DNA from: Chloroflexota bacterium
GTDB lineage: Bacteria; Chloroflexota; Dormibacteria; CF-121
Length of the DNA stretch: 52,395 nt
Direction: 5' to 3'
Assembly (NCBI GenBank): GCA_005881215.1
Contig: VBDZ01000013.1
Location: forward strand, 1 to 52,395
How positions within the stretch are numbered: the stretch's first letter is position 1; each line of letters starts with the position of its first letter. Below, in pieces: positions 47,510 to 52,395 of this stretch. Both the position numbers and the translations under genes were made by a program. Below the pieces are notes generated by a model. It ran no database searches and was not told where the DNA came from. It was given only the letters and a program-made list of their open reading frames with translations.

Positions 47510-48432
47510 ACCCGGCAACGAGCGCTCAGGATATCGGCACCGTCGAGGAGGGCCCGCTCTCCGCCGTGCTGGCCGCGCTGGCCAGGGATGATCCGGGCGC
47601 GGTCGTCGCCGCACTCGACGGTCAGCTTCACCACGGACGTCCGGGCAGCCCGGCGGCCTTGCGCCAGCAGGTCGGGGAACGGCTGGCCACGGCGCTGGCG
47701 GAGCAGAGCGGCCGGGTGATGCGCTGGATCGATTCGCTCGCCAGCTCGCCATCGCCGACCGGACGGCAGGTGGCCTGCCTGCTGCTGGCCAGCTACTACC
47801 CGAGCGACCCCGATCGCGTCCTACGAGCGGCGGAGCAGCTTGCTGAAGATCCGCATTGGGAAGTGCGAGAGGCGGCCGGTGGGCTCTTGGGGTCACTGCT
47901 CGACCGCGACTTCGACCGGCTGCGACAGCGGCTCGAAGTGCTTCGCAACTCAAAGTCGGAGAATCTGCGCCGCTCGGTCGTGCTGGCCGTGAAGTACGCC
48001 GCCCGCCGGGACAAGCCGGAGCGCGTGCCGGAGCTGCTGGCGCTGATTCACCCGGTGCTGCGAGACCAGGAGGCCTACGTGCGCCGCAACCTCGGTCCCT
48101 ACACCATCGGCGACGCCCTGCTGCGGGTCGATCCCAAAGAGACACTGCGAAGCCTTCGCGAGTGGTCCCGCGACCGCGATCCGATGGTGCGCTGGAACGT
48201 CGCGATGGCGTTCTCCAGCGCCATCGGCTCCTTTCACTGGCCGGCGGCGAAGTCGATCCTGGAGCGGCTGGCGAAAGGCCCTGAGCCGCTGGTCCGGAGC
48301 GCGGTGGCGAAGGCGATGCGTCGCTGCCGGCAGCGCTACACCGACGAAGTGGAAGCCACCCGGTTGCGCTGGCTCAAAGATCGGGACCGATCGCCAACCG
48401 CCGAGCTGGTGGGTCCGCTCAAGCGGCGCTAG
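47506..48432 (+). CDS. HEAT-repeat protein (AlkD/DNA alkylation repair-like)
   Basis: Repeats LAEDPHWEVRE, SENLRR, RDQEAYVRR, DRDPMVRW, PEPLVRS; ATGA overlap with ylxP. Confidence 0.8.
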   Translation: MNPATSAQDIGTVEEGPLSAVLAALARDDPGAVVAALDGQLHHGRPGSPAALRQQVGERLATALAEQSGRVMRWIDSLASSPSPTGRQVACLLLASYYPSDPDRVLRAAEQLAEDPHWEVREAAGGLLGSLLDRDFDRLRQRLEVLRNSKSENLRRSVVLAVKYAARRDKPERVPELLALIHPVLRDQEAYVRRNLGPYTIGDALLRVDPKETLRSLREWSRDRDPMVRWNVAMAFSSAIGSFHWPAAKSILERLAKGPEPLVRSAVAKAMRRCRQRYTDEVEATRLRWLKDRDRSPTAELVGPLKRR

Positions 48433-48505
48433 ACGGCAGCCATCGGGCTGGGCCTTTTGCGCGGCCCCTGCGCAGGCGCTCCCATCCTTCCGCGTTATTG
48501 TTGAA

Positions 48506-49249
48506 ATGGACGCCTCCGCCGCGGCCTTCCAGCTGGCCGCCATCTTGTTTATCTTGGGCGTGCTGTTCCTGGCGTTGAGCGTTTGGCTCCGTCTGCGCTG
48601 GGTATCCCATCCGGTCGACACGGCCGCGGTCGCCCGAACCGTCCGGATCAATTTGGTTGGGTATGCGCTTCAGCTGGGCGGAGCCATTGTGTTCCTGGCC
48701 AAAGTCGCGCTACCGGTCGCTACGGTGCTCCTCGTCGTGAGTGGCACCTGGCTGGTGCTGTGCGTGCAAAGCCGCCCGCGGCGCGTTCACGTCGAATCGG
48801 ACACCATCTTTCGCTGTACTCGTGAAGAGGCTTTTGCCCTGCTGGGTGACCCGCGGAAGGAACCGCTGTACTTTCCAGAGACCGAGCGCACCGAAGTAGG
48901 CTCGGCTGGGGAGATGGCCGTGGGAACGGTGATTCGCGGCTGGGTCCGGATCCCCCGAGATTCGAGCCATCATGGCCTCTATCTGGTAGCGGAGGAGGTC
49001 ATTACCGAATATGATCCGCCTCGCATCTGCGTCACGCGCATCGTCGGCAAGTCGGCGCAAACCCGACTCGTCTTCAACGCCGTCGCCGACGGAACCCACG
49101 TGACGGCGGTCTACGACAGCGTGATCGAGTTTGAGCCGGCCGTGACGGGTGGTGTGTTTTTTCGCGGCGAAGCAGAACGCCGCATCCTCAAGAGCCGGCA
49201 AGCGGCTTGGGAACGGGCCAGGCTCATCCTCGAGCATCCAGCGGTTTAG
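48506..49249 (+). CDS. membrane-anchored SRPBCC (START-fold) protein
   Basis: Three N-terminal TMs, then E.AFALL.DP...P.YFP, VGT, ITEYDPP, GT.VT pattern. Confidence 0.75.
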   Translation: MDASAAAFQLAAILFILGVLFLALSVWLRLRWVSHPVDTAAVARTVRINLVGYALQLGGAIVFLAKVALPVATVLLVVSGTWLVLCVQSRPRRVHVESDTIFRCTREEAFALLGDPRKEPLYFPETERTEVGSAGEMAVGTVIRGWVRIPRDSSHHGLYLVAEEVITEYDPPRICVTRIVGKSAQTRLVFNAVADGTHVTAVYDSVIEFEPAVTGGVFFRGEAERRILKSRQAAWERARLILEHPAV

Positions 49250-49283
49250 CTGCGGGGCCCCCGGCCTACTATGGCCGTAGATT

Positions 49284-51689
49284 TTGAGCGAAGTCCTTGC
49301 AGATCCCGCATCCCTGATCGACGCCTTCCAGGCAACCCTGCCGTGGCCGCTCGATCCCTTTCAAATTGAGGCGATCGAAAAGCTCGAGTCGCACGATGGC
49401 GTCCTCGTGTCCGCGCCGACCAGCTCGGGCAAGACGGTCATCGCGGACTACGCGGTCTTCCGGGCCTTGCAGACGGACACGCGCGCCATCTACACCACGC
49501 CGCTGAAGGCGCTATCGAACCAGAAGTACCGGGATTACCGCCGCCTGCACGGCGACGGCTATGTCGGGCTGGTCACGGGCGAGAACACCATCAACCCGCT
49601 GGCGCCAGTGGTGGTGATGACCACCGAGATCCTGCGCAACCTTATTTATGAAGACCCGGAGCGGCTGCAGCGGGTGCGCTACGTCATCCTCGACGAGGTC
49701 CACTACATCGACGATTTTCCACGTGGCGCCGTCTGGGAAGAGATCATCATCCAGGCCCCGCGCCACATCAAGTTCATCGGGCTGTCGGCGACCATCAGCA
49801 ATTTCCAGGAAGTTGCCGAGTGGATGAGCGTGCAGCGCGGCGACATCGCGACCATCAGCGTCACCCGGCGACCGGTCGAGCTCCGCCTCTGGCTGGCGGT
49901 GCGCAATGAGTTCTATCCGCTGCTCGACCAGCAGGGTGGTATCCCGCGCGAGACCCGGCATGCGGCCCAGGCCGAGGATTCGACCGATTTCCGCCTCTCC
50001 CAGCTTCGTCGGCCGCCAGAGAATGACCTTCTGCCGGTGGTCGACCGGCTGCGGAGTCGGGAATTCGTCCCGGCCATCTACTTCATCTTTTCGCGGCGGG
50101 GCTGCCGCGAGGCGCTGGCGCGCTGCGCCGGTCACGGTTTCGACCTGACCACGGACGCCGAGAAGGCGCTGATCGACGAACTGGTCAAAGGGCGCCTCGA
50201 CCAGATCGAAGATCGCGACGAGGCCGCCCTCTACCTCGATCTCCTCGACGGCGAGACGCTGCGACGGGGGCTGGCGATGCATCACGCCGGGCTCCTTCCC
50301 TACATGAAGGAGCTGGTTGAAGATCTGTTCCAGCGAGGCCTGATCAAGGTCGTGTTTGCGACCGAAACGCTATCGCTCGGCATCCACATGCCGGCGCGGG
50401 CCTGTGTGGTGTCCTCCTTCACCAAGTTCGATGGCAGCGACTTCGCGGCGCTGACCTCGGGCGAGCTGACCCAGTTGATGGGGCGCGCCGGCCGGCGCGG
50501 GATCGACCCAATCGGGCACGGGGTGATCCTCAAGGAGCCGGACGTCGACATCGGCACCATCTTCGAGGCCGCCACCGGCGAGGAGATGACGGTCGAGAGC
50601 AAGTTCGCGCCGACCTACAACATGGCGCTGAACCTGCTGCGCTACCACCGGCCGGAGGAGGTCGACTCCTTGATGGAGCGCTCCTTCGGTCAGTTCCAGA
50701 AGATGGTCGCTCGCGGGGACCTGGGCGAGCGGCTCGCCAACCTGCGCCAGCGCCTGGCGGATGTGACCACGACCCGGTTCCAGGCGCAGGGCGAACCCTG
50801 CTGCACCGAGCGGACCTTTACCTCGTTCGTCCGAGCTGAGGAGGAGATCGCCTCGCTGCGCGTCCGGATGCGGCGGGTGCGGCGGGAGCACTGGCATGGC
50901 CGCGGGCGGCGGCGCCGCGGCAGCGCGACTCGAGATGCCGGCGGCCAGACGCTCGCCGAGATGAAGGAGGAGCTTCAGGGCTGGCAATACAAACTGAACC
51001 AGCTGCCCTGCCGCAAGTGCCCGTTCCTTGCCGAACATCGGGCGCATCACACCGAGGTCCGAGAGCTACAGGCGCGGATCCGGACCTCAGAGCACGACGC
51101 CGAGCGCAGCCAGGGCGAATACCGCCGGCGGATGCACGCCTTACGGGGCGTGCTCGAAGAGCTCGGCTTCCTGGAGGGGGCGGTCCCCACCGAGAAGGGG
51201 CAGCTCGCCGCCCGGATCTACGGCGAAAATAGCCTGATCGTGACCCAGGCGATCGCGGACGGCTGGCTCGAAGAGCTGACGCCGGCCGAGCTCGCCGCCT
51301 CGCTGGTGATGGTCACCGCCGAAGATCGCAACCGCGACCGTCCCCGCGAGCGACGCCGCTTCCCCACCAGCAGCATCGCCCTGGCCCAGAAGCGGCTGCG
51401 CATCATCTATTACCGCTTCTCCGCTAGAGAGAAGGATCGAGGGGAAGAGAACCTGCGGCCGCTCTCAGGCGATTACGTGAACTTCACCTACGACTGGTGC
51501 AGCGGGCGGCCGCTGACCGAGATGCAGGCGCCGCACGACGTGGAGCTCGGTGACGCCGTCAAGGCGTTGAAGGGCCTCTACAGCGCGCTCCGCCAGATCG
51601 AGTGGGCGGTGTCGGATCGTCCCGCGCTGCGCAAGCTGGTGCTCAAGGCGCGAGAGAGCCTGGAACGCGATCTGATCACCCGCGTTTGA
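49284..51689 (+). CDS. helY: Ski2-like DEVH RNA helicase (HelY-type)
   Basis: LDPFQ, APTSSGKT, TPLKALSNQKY, DEVH, LSAT, HHAG, ATETL, QLMGRAGRRG, DSHCT-like C-terminus. Confidence 0.92.
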   Translation: MSEVLADPASLIDAFQATLPWPLDPFQIEAIEKLESHDGVLVSAPTSSGKTVIADYAVFRALQTDTRAIYTTPLKALSNQKYRDYRRLHGDGYVGLVTGENTINPLAPVVVMTTEILRNLIYEDPERLQRVRYVILDEVHYIDDFPRGAVWEEIIIQAPRHIKFIGLSATISNFQEVAEWMSVQRGDIATISVTRRPVELRLWLAVRNEFYPLLDQQGGIPRETRHAAQAEDSTDFRLSQLRRPPENDLLPVVDRLRSREFVPAIYFIFSRRGCREALARCAGHGFDLTTDAEKALIDELVKGRLDQIEDRDEAALYLDLLDGETLRRGLAMHHAGLLPYMKELVEDLFQRGLIKVVFATETLSLGIHMPARACVVSSFTKFDGSDFAALTSGELTQLMGRAGRRGIDPIGHGVILKEPDVDIGTIFEAATGEEMTVESKFAPTYNMALNLLRYHRPEEVDSLMERSFGQFQKMVARGDLGERLANLRQRLADVTTTRFQAQGEPCCTERTFTSFVRAEEEIASLRVRMRRVRREHWHGRGRRRRGSATRDAGGQTLAEMKEELQGWQYKLNQLPCRKCPFLAEHRAHHTEVRELQARIRTSEHDAERSQGEYRRRMHALRGVLEELGFLEGAVPTEKGQLAARIYGENSLIVTQAIADGWLEELTPAELAASLVMVTAEDRNRDRPRERRRFPTSSIALAQKRLRIIYYRFSAREKDRGEENLRPLSGDYVNFTYDWCSGRPLTEMQAPHDVELGDAVKALKGLYSALRQIEWAVSDRPALRKLVLKARESLERDLITRV

Positions 51690-51692
51690 TCT

Positions 51693-51727
51693 CCCTCCCC
51701 CGCTCGCGGGGGAGGGCAGGGTGGGGG
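51693..51727. repeat. REP-like palindromic element, copy 3 (may also act as a terminator between convergent genes)
   Basis: Perfect inverted repeat CCCTCCCCCGC-TC-GCGGGGGAGGG plus CAGGGTGGGGG tail. Confidence 0.82.
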
Positions 51728-51728
51728 C

Positions 51729-52253
51729 CTAGTCCCGACCTTCTTCCTGAGCCAGCTTCTCCGATATCCGATAGACCTGCTCGGGAAGGTCCGCGATGTC
51801 GTAGAAGCGCAGGGGCTTCTTGAGTCGCTTGGCGATGCCGAGCTGGACTTTGACACCCAGGCTCATCGTCCCGAAAACCCAAACCTCGTCGCAGCGGGAG
51901 AGCAGGTTGTTGATCGCCTCCCGCACCAGCTGCTTCGGCACGGTGTGCAGCAGGTAGTAATCGAAGAGCATGAACGGATTGATGGGCACATAGCCCTCAT
52001 CCAGGACCATCTTCGACACGTGCATCCGCCAGTAGAAGTTCCGATTGGACATCGCGATATAGATCAGTTTCTTGGGATGGCGAATCGTCTGTTCGAGCTG
52101 CTCCAGCGGGCTCGCCTCGGGAACCGGGGCGAAGATCGAGGCCAGGATGTCTTCGGCCGACTTGCCGCCCGCCGGCAGCTCGCCGGGCGCGGTCAGCGGC
52201 GCCGGTGGGGCTTCTTCAGGCTCGACGGCGTCGCGCTCGCGGTCCCCCGGCAT
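51729..52253 (-). CDS. nucleoside 2-deoxyribosyltransferase-like (DUF4406-like) fold protein
   Basis: LIYIA, G.VPINP, L..CDEVWVFG..S.G....IA....KP..F; disordered acidic N-terminus. Confidence 0.72.
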   Translation of the reverse strand: MPGDRERDAVEPEEAPPAPLTAPGELPAGGKSAEDILASIFAPVPEASPLEQLEQTIRHPKKLIYIAMSNRNFYWRMHVSKMVLDEGYVPINPFMLFDYYLLHTVPKQLVREAINNLLSRCDEVWVFGTMSLGVKVQLGIAKRLKKPLRFYDIADLPEQVYRISEKLAQEEGRD

Positions 52254-52395
52254 GTTGTGGCGAAGTGTATGCGCCCGCAATTGGCTGGTCAAGCAAGGGG
52301 CGCACGAGCGGCCTCAACCGGCGCAGCGCCTGGTCAAGCAGGGCCCGATGGCCGACATCGTTCAGCCAGCGGCTGGCGCCGGACGGATGGGGCAA
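52216..52395 (-). CDS. uracil-DNA glycosylase superfamily protein, C-terminal fragment (runs off window)
   Basis: Manual translation gives LPHPSGASRWLN..., the HPS motif B of the UDG superfamily; stop at 52216-52218. Confidence 0.7.
   Translation of the reverse strand: MPHPSGASRWLNDVGHRALLDQALRRLRPLVRPLLDQPIAGAYTSPQHAGGPRARRRRA
52264..52292 (-). promoter_or_regulatory. sigma70 promoter TTGACC-N17-TACACT for the NDT-like gene
   Basis: Canonical 17-bp spacer; the -10 ends 10 nt before ATG 52253, no SD. Confidence 0.65.

Noticed and set aside
36158-51727. The three palindromes as CRISPR repeats or integron attC sites
   Set aside because: They are kilobases apart, have no spacers, no cas or integrase gene is present, and they lack RYYYAAC/GTTRRRY ends.
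52286-52340. 10-bp direct repeat TGGTCAAGCA
   Set aside because: Explained by the repeated LLDQ codons in the UDG-like reading frame.

Overview
High-GC bacterial chromosomal window, apparently core genome, with about 50 CDSs and 2 tRNAs. I saw no integrase, transposase, phage gene or CRISPR array. The gene set suggests a Terrabacteria member, plausibly Chloroflexota or Ca. Dormibacterota; this is inference from Obg with a C-terminal OCT/DUF1967-like domain, L27 without an N-terminal extension or prp gene, ChdC-type heme synthesis, PrsA and HelY. Gene order: a GGDEF/HD-GYP gene coupled to fni and a GGPP-type prenyl synthase; SGNH hydrolase; PucR regulator; a long minus-strand run (valS, zinc-ribbon membrane protein, two degenerate Mrp/NuoL-like membrane proteins, maf, DUF11 lipoprotein, DUF3105, rplU, rpmA, obg, nadD, rsfS); a BNR beta-propeller lipoprotein; tRNA-Leu, tig, clpP, clpX, lon; psuG; galT; an amine/guanidino catabolic operon (class III aminotransferase, ALDH, Cys-nucleophile hydrolase, ureohydrolase, FAD oxidase) followed by prsA, thpR and tRNA-Arg; a Tat amidase; an orphan ParA with a small partner; chdC-hemE-hemH-ABC transporter; MBL hydrolase; fadD; ylxP with a HEAT protein; SRPBCC; HelY; an NDT-like protein; and a partial UDG-like gene. 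The best candidate for an undescribed system is the pair of antiporter-like (NuoL/MrpA/HyfB-derived) membrane proteins at 11572-14699. They have lost the proton-translocating residues, have no redox partners nearby, and sit in a housekeeping operon with a zinc-ribbon protein and Maf. Other notable signals are the orphan ParA pair with DnaA-box-like and CIRCE-like sites, an ABC transporter tied to the heme operon, a 3-copy REP-like palindrome placed right after stop codons, and widespread leaderless-type promoters. All family assignments come from motif recognition by eye; no database search was run.
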